A stretch of 64,000 nucleotides of DNA, taken from an uncultured Alphaproteobacteria bacterium (GTDB lineage Bacteria > Pseudomonadota > Alphaproteobacteria > Rhizobiales > Xanthobacteraceae). Every line of letters begins with the position of its first letter. Position 1 is the stretch's first letter. The notes under the pieces are model-generated. The model was not told the DNA's origin and ran no database searches. It saw nothing but the letters and a program-made list of their open reading frames with translations. The position numbers and the translations under genes were made by a program. The DNA is taken from NCBI GenBank assembly GCA_963828645.1, contig CAWHFI010000002.1:9064-73063 (forward strand), written 5' to 3'. Below are positions 37,493 to 47,235 of this stretch, in pieces.

Positions 37493-40302
37493 TCGCCTCC
37501 CTGCCGCTGTCGTTTGCCGAACCGTTTTTGCTGCTGGGTCTTTTGAGCCTGCCGTTGCTGTGGTGGCTGTTGCGGGTGATGCCGCCGCGACCGCGGCGCA
37601 TCGAGTTTCCGCCGACGCGGCTGTTGTTCGACATCGCGCCGAAGGAAGAAACCCCGTCGCGCACGCCATGGTGGCTGACGCTGCTGCGCCTCACGGCGGC
37701 CGCGCTGGTGATCCTGGCCGCCGCGGGACCGATCTGGAATCCGCAAACGGGTCTCGCCGGCTCCAGTGCACCGCTTGTCATCCTGCTCGACGACGGCTGG
37801 ACTGCCGCGGCGAGCTGGGACATCCGGATCAAGGCCGCCGACGAATTGATCGCCAGTGCGGACAGCGACCGACGCGGCGTGGCGCTGGTGCCGCTGTCCG
37901 AACCGACGCGTGACATCACCATCATGCCTGCCGGCACCGCGCGTGTCGCATTGCGCCAGTTGACGCCGAAGCCCTACGCGATCGAGCGCGTGGAGACCCT
38001 TCCCGCGCTCGAGCGTTTCCTCAAGAGCAGCGGCGATGCCGAAATTGCCTGGTTGTCGGACAGCACCGATACCGGGCGCGGACCGGAGTTTCTCGAAGGC
38101 CTGAGCAAGACCATCGGCGATCGCGCGTTGACCATTATCGAGGGCGGCGCTCCTTCCGCGCTGGCTCTGGTCGCGGCCGAAAATGCCGCGGCCAGGATGA
38201 CCGTCAAGGTGTTGCGCACGGAGGGCGGAATCGCCGCCGGTGTCGTACGCGCCATCGACCAGAAGGGTTCGCCGATCGGCGAAGCGCGCTATGCGTTTGC
38301 GCCGCAGGATCGGGAGACCGAAGCCGCATTCGATCTGCCGGTCGAATTGCGCAACGACATCGCGCGGCTTGAAATCGCGGGCGAACGCTCCGCCGGCGCG
38401 GTACAATTGCTCGACAAGCGCTGGCGCCGCCGCGCGATCGGCGTCGTCAGCGGATCGACCAATGACACGGCGCAGCCGCTGTTGGCCTCGACATTCTATC
38501 TGACCCGCGCGCTGGCGCCGTTCGCCGATGTGCGGCTCGGCGACCGCGGTTCGCCGCAACAGGCGATCACGCAATTTCTCGACCAGAAGCTGCCGATGAT
38601 CGTGCTTGCCGATGTCGGCACGCTGTCGCCGGAAATTCGCGAGCGCATCAGCGCCTGGATCGAGCAGGGCGGCGTGCTGGTTCGCTTTGCCGGCCCGCGT
38701 CTGGCGCAGGCCGAAGACGACCTGCTGCCGGTAAGACTGCGCCGCGGCGAACGCAGCCTCGGCGGCAGTCTCACCTGGGAAAAGCCGCAGCACCTTGCGG
38801 CGTTCGCGGCTGACGGACCGTTCGCAGGTCTTGCCGTGCCGAAAGACATCACCATCAACCGGCAGGTGCTTGCCGAACCCGACGCCGTGCTGGCGACCAA
38901 AAGCTGGGCCTCGCTCGAAGACGGCACGCCGCTGGTGACCGGCGAACACCGCGGCAAGGGCCTCGTCAGCCTGTTTCACGTCAGCGCCGACATGCGCTGG
39001 TCTGATCTGCCGATGTCGGGCAGCTTTGTCGAGATACTCCGCCGCATCGTCGATGCCGCCGGCTACACCTCCAATCCCGGCGCGGGCGTCGCCGCCGACA
39101 CCACCAAGGAAACCGTGGCGCCGCTGCGCACGCTCGATGGTTTCGGCGCCTTCGGACCGCCGCCCTCGGCCGCAAAGCCCTTGCCCGCGGACTTCCGCGA
39201 CCGCGCGACATCAGATCATCCGCCCGGCTTCTACGGCCCGGCCGACGGTCCGCTGGCGGTGAATGCTCTGGCCGCGGCGGACCGCATCGCTCCGCTCGAT
39301 ACCTCCAGCCTGCGCGCGCGGCGGGCCAGCTACACCAATGCCGAACCGCGCGATCTCAGGGGAATCCTGCTGTCGTCGGCACTGGCGTTGTTTCTGATCG
39401 ACGCCATGGTCGTCGCCATGCTCGGGGCCGGCATCGCGGCGTTGCTGCGGCGGCGGGCGGCGCCTGCCGCGCTGGCATTCATCCTGTTGTCGGCGGTATC
39501 GATGCCGTCGCCGTCACGCGCCGGCAACGACGACGATTTCGCCATCAAGGCGGTCTCACAGACACGGCTGGCCTATGTCATCACCGGAAATGCCGACGTC
39601 GATTCCATCGTCAAGGCCGGGATGTCCGGACTGACCTTGTTTCTGGCACAGAGAACGGCGCTGGAAACCGGCGATCCCATCGGCGTCGACCCCGCCCATG
39701 ACGAACTGGCGTTCTTCCCGATAATCTACTGGCCCGTGGTGCCCGGCGCGCCGAAGCCGCCGCAGGACGCCATCAACCGGATCGACGCCTACATGAAGCA
39801 GGGCGGCACCGTATTGTTCGACACCCGCGATGCCATCGAAGCGCCGCCTGGCGACAACGGCGCCTCCCAGACGCCGGGAATGCTGACGCTGCGCGAACTT
39901 CTTTCCTCGCTCGACGTGCCCGAACTCGAACCGGTGCCGCGCGAACACGTGCTGACCAAGACTTTCTATCTGCTCCGCGATTTTCCCGGCCGCTTCACCT
40001 CGGGACAGACCTGGGTCGAAACCCTGCCGCGCGACGATGACGATGAAGGCACCGAAGGCACCGCAAAACCTGCCCGTGGCGGCGACGGCGTCTCCCCGAT
40101 CATCATCACGTCAAACGATCTGGCCGGCGCCTGGGCGCTGCGCCCGGACGGCCAGCCGATGCTGCCGCTCACTCCGGGCGAGCCGAAGCAGCGCGAATTC
40201 GCATTCCGCGCCGGCGTCAACATCGTGATGTACACGCTGACCGGCAACTACAAGGCCGACCTGGTGCACGCGCCGGCGCTGATCGAACGGCTCGGGCAAT
40301 GA
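37489..40302 (+). CDS. BatA-like N-terminus, vWA-like and DUF4159 domain protein
   Basis: N-terminal double TM, LLRL..LAAAGP, C-terminal YMKQGG...GVNIVMYTLTGNYKAD. Confidence 0.85.
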   Translation: MIASLPLSFAEPFLLLGLLSLPLLWWLLRVMPPRPRRIEFPPTRLLFDIAPKEETPSRTPWWLTLLRLTAAALVILAAAGPIWNPQTGLAGSSAPLVILLDDGWTAAASWDIRIKAADELIASADSDRRGVALVPLSEPTRDITIMPAGTARVALRQLTPKPYAIERVETLPALERFLKSSGDAEIAWLSDSTDTGRGPEFLEGLSKTIGDRALTIIEGGAPSALALVAAENAAARMTVKVLRTEGGIAAGVVRAIDQKGSPIGEARYAFAPQDRETEAAFDLPVELRNDIARLEIAGERSAGAVQLLDKRWRRRAIGVVSGSTNDTAQPLLASTFYLTRALAPFADVRLGDRGSPQQAITQFLDQKLPMIVLADVGTLSPEIRERISAWIEQGGVLVRFAGPRLAQAEDDLLPVRLRRGERSLGGSLTWEKPQHLAAFAADGPFAGLAVPKDITINRQVLAEPDAVLATKSWASLEDGTPLVTGEHRGKGLVSLFHVSADMRWSDLPMSGSFVEILRRIVDAAGYTSNPGAGVAADTTKETVAPLRTLDGFGAFGPPPSAAKPLPADFRDRATSDHPPGFYGPADGPLAVNALAAADRIAPLDTSSLRARRASYTNAEPRDLRGILLSSALALFLIDAMVVAMLGAGIAALLRRRAAPAALAFILLSAVSMPSPSRAGNDDDFAIKAVSQTRLAYVITGNADVDSIVKAGMSGLTLFLAQRTALETGDPIGVDPAHDELAFFPIIYWPVVPGAPKPPQDAINRIDAYMKQGGTVLFDTRDAIEAPPGDNGASQTPGMLTLRELLSSLDVPELEPVPREHVLTKTFYLLRDFPGRFTSGQTWVETLPRDDDDEGTEGTAKPARGGDGVSPIIITSNDLAGAWALRPDGQPMLPLTPGEPKQREFAFRAGVNIVMYTLTGNYKADLVHAPALIERLGQ

Positions 40303-40343
40303 AAATGTACCTGGCAAACATGGGCTCCTCCTGCGGCTATACC

Positions 40344-40433
40344 GTCATGGCCGGGCTTGTCCCGGCCATCCACGTTCCCGGCAGCAGCGGCAAGCAAGAG
40401 TACGTGGATGCCCGGGACAAGCCCGGGCATGAC
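40344..40433. repeat. Family A repeat inside the MoxR operon
   Basis: Arms match those of 1571-1657. Confidence 0.9.
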
Positions 40434-40453
40434 GAAGTTGAGCGGTGCGCGCC

Positions 40454-42541
40454 ATGAGCTATGGCATCGCGTTTACACCGCTCGTCCCCTCCATCGTATT
40501 GTGGATCGCGCTTGCTGCCATCGTCGCGATCGCGATTCTACTGTTGCTCGGCCGTGCCCGGGGTGCTGCGGTGCGTGTCGCGGCATTGGCGTTGATCCTG
40601 CTGGCGCTGGCCAATCCGTCCTTCACCCGCGAGGACCGCGAGCCGTTGTCATCGGTGGCCGCGGTCGTGATTGACAAGAGCCCGAGCCAGAATTTCGGCA
40701 CGCGTAACCGCGAGACCGCGCAGGCGCAGGAAGCGCTGGTCGACAGCCTCAGGAAGATCAAGGGGCTCGAGGTGCGCGTTGTCGAGGCCGGCCAGGCCGA
40801 CGGCGAAACCGACGGCACCCGATTGTTCGGCGCGCTATCGTCTGCACTTTCGGACGTTCCGGTCGATCGTGTCGCCGGCGCCTTTCTGATCACTGACGGA
40901 CGCGTGCATGACATTCCCGCCAATGCCGCGGCACTTGGATTTCAGGCTCCGGTGCACGCGCTGATCACCGGGCGCAAGGACGAACGCGACCGGCGCATCG
41001 CGATATCGGCCGCGCCGCGCTTTGGTATTGTGGGGCAGACCCAGACCATCACCTACCGGCTCGACGACCAGGGCGTTACCGGCGACCGCGCCAAGGTCGT
41101 GGTGCGCCGCGACGGCGAGACCATCAACGAACGCAACGTGCTCAGCGGTCAGACCGTCAATGTCGATGTCGATATCAAGCATGCCGGGCCTAATATCGTC
41201 GAGATCGAGGCGTCGCCGCTGGAAAACGAGTTGACGCTGGTCAATAACCGTGCGGTGGTCCAGATTGATGGCGTGCGCGACAAATTGCGTGTGCTGCTGG
41301 TGTCCGGCGAGCCGCATTCCGGAGAACGCACCTGGCGCAATCTGCTGAAATCCGACGCCAGCGTCGATCTCGTCCATTTCACGATTTTGCGGCCGCCCGA
41401 GAAACAGGACGGCACGCCGATCAACGAATTGTCGCTGATCGCGTTTCCGACCCGCGAACTGTTCACTCCAAAGGAACCCGGCGGCCGTGGCGGCAAACTC
41501 GACGATTTCAATCTGATCATCTTCGATCGCTACGCCCGCCAGGGTGTGCTGCCGATCGCTTATTTCGACAACATCGCGCGTTACGTGCGCGCCGGCGGGG
41601 CGGTGCTGGTATCGGCCGGTCCCGATTATGCGTCGACCACCAGCATCTGGCGCACGCCACTGGATTCGGTTTTGCCAGCCGAACCCGTCGGCGTCACCGA
41701 GAAGCCGTTCTATGCGCATCTCAGCGACGCCGGCAAACGCCACCCGGTGACGCGCGGGCTGGAAGGCTCTGCCACCGAGCCGCCGCACTGGAGCCGTTTC
41801 TTCCGCACCGTCGAGACCCGCAATGCCACTACGCCGCCCGTGATGACCGGCGCCGATGGCAAGCCGCTATTGTTGCTGGCGCGCTTCGGCGAGGGCCGCG
41901 TCGCCTTGCTGCTGTCGGACCATATCTGGCTGTGGGCGCGCGGCTATGAGGGCGGCGGGCCGCATCTCGATCTGCTGCGGCGCATGTCGCATTGGCTGAT
42001 GAAGCAGCCCGATCTGGACGAAGAGGCGCTGCGCCTGCAAGTCCAGGGACACGATCTGGTGGTGCTGCGCCAGACCATGGCGGACAGCGTCGCACCTGTC
42101 ACGGTGACCTCGCCATCCGGCGCCACGCGCGAGCTGATGCTGAGCGCCAGTGAACCCGGAACATGGCGCACGACGATTCCCGCCGGCGAACTCGGGCTGT
42201 GGCAGGCCACCGACGGCACGCTGAAAGCGCTGATCAATGTCGGCCCGACCAACCCGAAGGAATTTTCGGAAGTCACCTCCACGACCGAGATGCTGAAGCC
42301 GCTGACTCAAGCCACCGGCGGCGACACGCGTCGCGTCGTCGATGGCGCCAGTGTCGAGCTTCCGCGCATCGTGCCGGTGCGCGCCTCCGGCATATTCCGC
42401 GGCGACGGCTGGATGGGCGTCAAGATGCGCGACGCCAGCGTGGTGAAAGGCGTCGGCGTGCTTCCGCTGTTCGCCGGCCTGATCGGCCTGCTGTTGCTGC
42501 TCGGCGGTTTTGCAGCGACTTGGTTGCGCGAGGGACGCTGA
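40454..42541 (+). CDS. Membrane protein with vWA-like and glutamine-amidotransferase-like domains (MoxR operon)
   Basis: IDKSPSQ, ITDGRVHD, LRVLLVSGEP, LRPPEKQDGTP, GEGRVALL. Confidence 0.82.
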   Translation: MSYGIAFTPLVPSIVLWIALAAIVAIAILLLLGRARGAAVRVAALALILLALANPSFTREDREPLSSVAAVVIDKSPSQNFGTRNRETAQAQEALVDSLRKIKGLEVRVVEAGQADGETDGTRLFGALSSALSDVPVDRVAGAFLITDGRVHDIPANAAALGFQAPVHALITGRKDERDRRIAISAAPRFGIVGQTQTITYRLDDQGVTGDRAKVVVRRDGETINERNVLSGQTVNVDVDIKHAGPNIVEIEASPLENELTLVNNRAVVQIDGVRDKLRVLLVSGEPHSGERTWRNLLKSDASVDLVHFTILRPPEKQDGTPINELSLIAFPTRELFTPKEPGGRGGKLDDFNLIIFDRYARQGVLPIAYFDNIARYVRAGGAVLVSAGPDYASTTSIWRTPLDSVLPAEPVGVTEKPFYAHLSDAGKRHPVTRGLEGSATEPPHWSRFFRTVETRNATTPPVMTGADGKPLLLLARFGEGRVALLLSDHIWLWARGYEGGGPHLDLLRRMSHWLMKQPDLDEEALRLQVQGHDLVVLRQTMADSVAPVTVTSPSGATRELMLSASEPGTWRTTIPAGELGLWQATDGTLKALINVGPTNPKEFSEVTSTTEMLKPLTQATGGDTRRVVDGASVELPRIVPVRASGIFRGDGWMGVKMRDASVVKGVGVLPLFAGLIGLLLLLGGFAATWLREGR

Positions 42542-42636
42542 TCGCAGTTCGCTCACCCGGCGTTGCATAAATTACACAGCCCCTCATGAATTCTCCGGCA
42601 CGCGCCAACCCCAGTTGACATCCCCCTGCAATCCCT

Positions 42637-42655
42637 GATGTTATATTATAACGTC
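42637..42655. promoter_or_regulatory. Zur-box-like palindrome
   Basis: GATGTTATA-T-TATAACGTC resembles the proteobacterial Zur consensus ATGTTATA-N-TATAACAT; TTGACA at 42615. Confidence 0.72.
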
Positions 42656-42700
42656 GGAGGGCCGGATAACTTTGGCTCACGGTGTGGGGTGCGTATCGGC

Positions 42701-43066
42701 ATGAAGTGGGTACGGTCGAACATCAAGCACGGATCGCGAACAGCGCTGTTCGCGCTGGCTGTTCAGTTCGTGCTTTCGTTCGGGCATTTCCACGGTGTCG
42801 CCGCGCAAGCGGCACAGACCGTTCAATCGGCAAGTGACACCGCTCAACAGCAGCGTCAGCCCACTCCCGACTCCGACCAGCAAACCAACGACACCTGCGC
42901 GATCTGTGCTGTTATCGCGATGGCGAACTCGGTTACGTTTGCAACACCGCCGGCGCTGTTGCTTCCGCAGGCCGTGGAATTTTCGTACCTGACCACCGAC
43001 GCCGCGTTCATCCATTTGAGTTCGGCTCGCGTCGTTTTCCAGCCCCGCGCTCCTCCCCTCTCCTGA
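42701..43066 (+). CDS. DUF2946-family leader protein (CxxC plus C-terminal RAPP)
   Basis: Hydrophobic segment with HFH, CAIC, ends FQPRAPPLS. Confidence 0.88.
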   Translation: MKWVRSNIKHGSRTALFALAVQFVLSFGHFHGVAAQAAQTVQSASDTAQQQRQPTPDSDQQTNDTCAICAVIAMANSVTFATPPALLLPQAVEFSYLTTDAAFIHLSSARVVFQPRAPPLS

Positions 43067-43214
43067 CCTCGATTGCTTGATGCCCCCGGGGATCGCCGCG
43101 CCACGCGCGTTCGGTCCAAGGGATTCATCGAAATCAGTCCGCCGCACATCGACGGCGAGCGCTGTTTCCCGAATTCCTTAAGGGAATGCGGCAGCGGCGC
43201 AATCGGGATCGGGA
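43061..43214 (+). promoter_or_regulatory. RNA helix pairing the DUF2946 stop region with the receptor ribosome-binding region
   Basis: UCCUGACCUCGAUUGC (43061-43076) pairs 15/16, including G-U, with GCAAUCGGGAUCGGGA (43199-43214), ending 2 nt before ATG 43217. Confidence 0.7.
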
Positions 43215-43216
43215 CA

Positions 43217-45478
43217 ATGTCAGTATTCGCCAGATCACTATGGGCGGCCTCCGGGGCAGCCTCGCTTGTTCTCTGCAGCAGCGCGGCCCTGTCCCAGACA
43301 CCGGCGCCGGCGCGGGCGCCCGCGGGAAATAGCACTACCGTACTTCCCGAAATCGAAATTACCGCACCCCGCGTTGCACGGGCGCCACGCCGCCCCCGGA
43401 CTCCCGTAACCATAGGAGAACGTCGCAACCTGCCTGTCGCGCCACGGCCGACGCAGGCGCAGGTGGTCGCGGGACAGAACACCAGATTCGACGAGGCCCG
43501 CCGCGCCATCGTCGCGCCGAATGGTGCGGGCACCTACCAGTTGAGCCACCAGGACATCGAGGCGCTGCCGCAAGGCGCCAATACCACGCTCGACAAGGTG
43601 CTGTTGCAGGCGCCCGGTGTGTCACAGGATTCGGCCGCCAGTGGCGAACTGCATGTGCGCAACGAGCACGCCAACCTGCAGTACCGGATCAACGGCATCA
43701 TGCTTCCAGACGGCGTCGGCGCCTTCGGTCAAATTCTCGATACCGGCATTATCGGCAACCTCAATTTGATTACCGGCGCACTGCCCGCGCAATATGGCCT
43801 GCGCACCGCGGGCGTGCTGGACATCCAGACCAAGGCGGACGCTTTCAACAACAGCGGCAGCGTCAGCATCTATGGCGGCAGCCACGGCAGTATCACAACG
43901 AGCCTGGAATATGGCGGCACGGTCGGACAAACCCAGTATTTTATTTCAGGGCGCTATTTCGGGAGCAATCTGGGCATCGAAAATCCGCTACCGGGAAATG
44001 AAGCGATCCATGACCGTACAGCGCAGGAGAAGGGTTTTCTCTATCTTTCGACGGTGATCGATCCGACCAGCCGCCTGACATTCATGAGCGGTGTATCCAA
44101 CGGCAGCTATCAGATTCCGAACAATCCCGGGCAACCGCCGAACTTTACGGCCTTCGGGGTATCGAATTTCAATTCGGCGCTGCTCAACGAGCATCAGAAC
44201 GAGTTCAACCAGTTCAACGTCGCCGCCTACCAGAAATCGATTGACGATATCGACTTCCAGCTCTCCTATTTCAACCGTTACAGCCAGTTACACTTCTATC
44301 CCGATCCGATCGGCGACCTGGTTTTCAACGGGGTGTCGTCGGACGTCTACCGTCAGAGCTTCGTCAACGGCATTCAGGAAGACACTGCCTGGCGTGTCGG
44401 CTTTGCCCATACGCTGCGGTTTGGATTTTCCGTCAGCGCCGAGCGCTCGCTGGTCAACAATGCGTCGGTCGTATTGCCGCTCGATCCCGTAACCGGCAAT
44501 CCGGTCGACGCGCCATTCTCGGTGTTCGATTCCAGCGCCAAGACCGGCTGGCTGTTCAGCACCTATCTGCAGGACGAATGGAAGATCACCAACCAGCTGA
44601 CCCTGAATGCCGGGTTACGTTTCGACCAGATGGTTCAGTATGTCGACGCCAACCAGCTCAGCCCGCGTATCAGCCTGACCTGGAAACCTGGCGACGGCAC
44701 AACCTTCCATGCCGGCTATGCGCGCAACTTCACGCCGCCGCCGCAGGTGATCGCAGCCCCGACCAATCTGGCGCTGGTGCAGAACACGACGCAACAGCCC
44801 GGCGTCCCGGTCAACGATCCGGTTCTGCCGGAACGCTCTCATGTGTTCGATGTCGGCGTCGTTCAGAAGATCTATCCGGTGCCCGGTCTCGAAGTCGGCG
44901 TCGACGGCTACTACAAGATCGCCAAGGACCTGCTCGACGACGGCCAGTTCGGCGCGGCCTATGTGCTGAGCGGCTTCAACTACGAACGCGGGGAGAATAT
45001 CGGCCTCGAACTCAAGGCGACCTACACCAACGGCAACTTTCGCGCCTACGGAAACCTCGCTTGGGCCAAACAGATCGCCACCAACGTTGTCTCGAACCAA
45101 TATCTGTTCGATCCCGACGAACTGGCCTACATCGCCAGCCACTACGTCTACACCGATCATGCCCAGGTTCTGACCGGGTCGGCCGGTGCTTCCTATCTCT
45201 GGAACGGCACGCGCTTCAGCGCCTCGATGATCTACGGCAGCGGGCTTCGTTCGGGTTTCGCCAACATCGATCACCTGCCGTCATACACGCAGGTCAATGT
45301 CGGCCTCTCGCATGATTTCAACTGGGTGGCGCCGAACAAGCCGACCACGCTGCGCTTTGACGTCGTCAATGTCTTCGACACCATTTATGAAATCAGGGAC
45401 GGATCCGGCATCGGGGTATTCGCACCGCAGTACGGTCCACGGCGCGGATTTTATGCCGGCATTTCGCAGAAGCTGTGA
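43217..45478 (+). CDS. TonB-dependent outer-membrane receptor
   Basis: Signal peptide, LPEIEITA TonB-box-like motif, plug motifs (PGVS, INGI, LPAQYG), YLQDEWK, LNAGLRFD, NVFD. Confidence 0.92.
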   Translation: MSVFARSLWAASGAASLVLCSSAALSQTPAPARAPAGNSTTVLPEIEITAPRVARAPRRPRTPVTIGERRNLPVAPRPTQAQVVAGQNTRFDEARRAIVAPNGAGTYQLSHQDIEALPQGANTTLDKVLLQAPGVSQDSAASGELHVRNEHANLQYRINGIMLPDGVGAFGQILDTGIIGNLNLITGALPAQYGLRTAGVLDIQTKADAFNNSGSVSIYGGSHGSITTSLEYGGTVGQTQYFISGRYFGSNLGIENPLPGNEAIHDRTAQEKGFLYLSTVIDPTSRLTFMSGVSNGSYQIPNNPGQPPNFTAFGVSNFNSALLNEHQNEFNQFNVAAYQKSIDDIDFQLSYFNRYSQLHFYPDPIGDLVFNGVSSDVYRQSFVNGIQEDTAWRVGFAHTLRFGFSVSAERSLVNNASVVLPLDPVTGNPVDAPFSVFDSSAKTGWLFSTYLQDEWKITNQLTLNAGLRFDQMVQYVDANQLSPRISLTWKPGDGTTFHAGYARNFTPPPQVIAAPTNLALVQNTTQQPGVPVNDPVLPERSHVFDVGVVQKIYPVPGLEVGVDGYYKIAKDLLDDGQFGAAYVLSGFNYERGENIGLELKATYTNGNFRAYGNLAWAKQIATNVVSNQYLFDPDELAYIASHYVYTDHAQVLTGSAGASYLWNGTRFSASMIYGSGLRSGFANIDHLPSYTQVNVGLSHDFNWVAPNKPTTLRFDVVNVFDTIYEIRDGSGIGVFAPQYGPRRGFYAGISQKL

Positions 45479-45479
45479 G

Positions 45480-46001
45480 CTACGGTTCCGAGCGCGCCAT
45501 GCTCCAGTCGGGACGGATCGCGCCGGTGACGCCCTCGAATGCGCCTTCGACGAGTTCGGCCACCAGCAGGCGGTTGTAGTCCACCGGTCCTGGCATGGTC
45601 GCGCGGCCCTTCGGCACCGCCTTGAAGCCGACGCGGCTGTAATAGGCTTCGTCACCGACCAGCAGCACCAGGCGATGGCCTTTTGTGCCGGCTTCCTTCA
45701 GCGCACGCTCCAGCAACGCGCGGCCGACGCCGCGCTTTCGAAACGGCGGTTCGACAGTCAGCGGCCCCAGCAACAACGCTTTGGTATCGCCGATGCATAT
45801 CGGCAATTGCCGCACCGATCCTACCAGCAGCGTGCCGATCCGGGCCGTAAAGGAGAGATCGAACCGATGATCGACATGCTCACGCAAACGGTAGGCGCTC
45901 AGCACGAAGCGGCCGGGCCCGAACGTGCGCTGGTGCAGGCGTTCGATCGGCAGCGCGTCGCCGGCGTTTTCCGCCAATATCGTGAGCGAAAGATCGTTCA
46001 T
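45480..46001 (-). CDS. GNAT-family acetyltransferase (YhbS-like)
   Basis: FGPGRF, LLGPLTV, RKRGVG, LVGDEAYYSRVGF. Confidence 0.88.
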   Translation of the reverse strand: MNDLSLTILAENAGDALPIERLHQRTFGPGRFVLSAYRLREHVDHRFDLSFTARIGTLLVGSVRQLPICIGDTKALLLGPLTVEPPFRKRGVGRALLERALKEAGTKGHRLVLLVGDEAYYSRVGFKAVPKGRATMPGPVDYNRLLVAELVEGAFEGVTGAIRPDWSMARSEP

Positions 46002-46072
46002 GTTCAGGCGTGCGGATAGCATCTGGCGAGGGCGCGGTCCATTGCCCCGGCGCGGCTAAATTTCGAAAGGCA

Positions 46073-47110
46073 TCAATTCCCGCCGACGGGGCGTTGCGAC
46101 AGGTAGGCCAGCAGCTTCATCTCGCGGCGTCCGCGCGTCACGGTATCGAGCACCAGTCCCGACGATACCGACAACACCGCCAGGATCATCAGGCCCATCG
46201 ACAGAACCGCCGTCGGCAGACGCGGAACGAGGCCGGTCTCGAGATAGGTGGCGATAACGGGAATCATGAGGCCGATCGACGTCAGCGTCAGGAGAATTCC
46301 GATCCCGGTGAAGAACCGCAGCGGCTTTTCCGACCGGTACAGCTTCAGGATAGTGCCGAGAATGCGAAAGCCATCGCGCCAGGTGTTGAGCTTGCTGAAC
46401 GATCCCTCCGGCCGGGCGTAGTATGGCGTCTCGATCTCGGCGACCGGCAGCGCCAGTTCGAGCGCATGCACGCTCAACTCGGTTTCGATCTCGAAACCAT
46501 CGGACAGCACCGGAAACGATTTGACGAAGCGCCGGGAGAACACGCGATAGCCGGAAAGAATATCCCTGAAGGCCTGGCCGAAAACCGCGGACAGGAAGCC
46601 GGTCAGCATCCGGTTGCCGGTGCGATGGCCGGGCCGGTACGCCGCCTCGGCCTGATCGACGCGAAAGCCCACCACCATGTCCAGATGATCCGAGACCAGC
46701 GCATCGATCATGCGCGGGGCGCTGGCGGCATCGTAGGTGGCGTCGCCGTCGACCAGCACATAGATATCGGCGTCGATGTCGGCGAACATACGCCGGACCA
46801 CATGGCCCTTGCCCTGTCGGCGTTCGCTTCGCACCTGCGCACCGGCCTCACGCGCCACTGCGACAGTGCGATCCGACGAATTATTGTCGTAGACGAAGAT
46901 TTCGGCGGTCGGCAGGTTTTTGCGGAAATCGGCGACCACGGTGGCGACCGCGGCTTCCTCGTTGAAGCACGGCACCAGAACCGCGATCCGCAGTTGGGCC
47001 GGCTCGGCTTGCGGGAATTCCTGCTGCGCGAACCGCGCCAGAGCCTCCGCCATGCCGGCCAGGTCGCCGCGAAGTTTCGGCGAGCGTTTCAAGTCCGGCA
47101 CGGCGCTCAT
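46073..47110 (-). CDS. GT2 polyprenol-phosphate glycosyltransferase (GtrB/DPM1-like)
   Basis: LVPCFNEE, DNNSSD, QGKG, VDGDATY, DILSGYR, two C-terminal TMs; start uncertain. Confidence 0.9.
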   Translation of the reverse strand: MSAVPDLKRSPKLRGDLAGMAEALARFAQQEFPQAEPAQLRIAVLVPCFNEEAAVATVVADFRKNLPTAEIFVYDNNSSDRTVAVAREAGAQVRSERRQGKGHVVRRMFADIDADIYVLVDGDATYDAASAPRMIDALVSDHLDMVVGFRVDQAEAAYRPGHRTGNRMLTGFLSAVFGQAFRDILSGYRVFSRRFVKSFPVLSDGFEIETELSVHALELALPVAEIETPYYARPEGSFSKLNTWRDGFRILGTILKLYRSEKPLRFFTGIGILLTLTSIGLMIPVIATYLETGLVPRLPTAVLSMGLMILAVLSVSSGLVLDTVTRGRREMKLLAYLSQRPVGGN

Positions 47111-47235
47111 CGGGGGAATCCTTAACAACCGTTAGGGTTTTGCCCCCCGATCTTAAGGACTGATCGCTAACGATCTCTAACGGCCGGTAGCGTTCGGCTC
47201 GCTACTTTCAGCCGATGCAACTTCGCCTGGCATGG

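Noticed and set aside
47120-47180. CtrA box upstream of the GT2 gene
   Set aside because: TTAA half-sites are present but the spacing is 6 rather than 7 nt and the second half is mismatched
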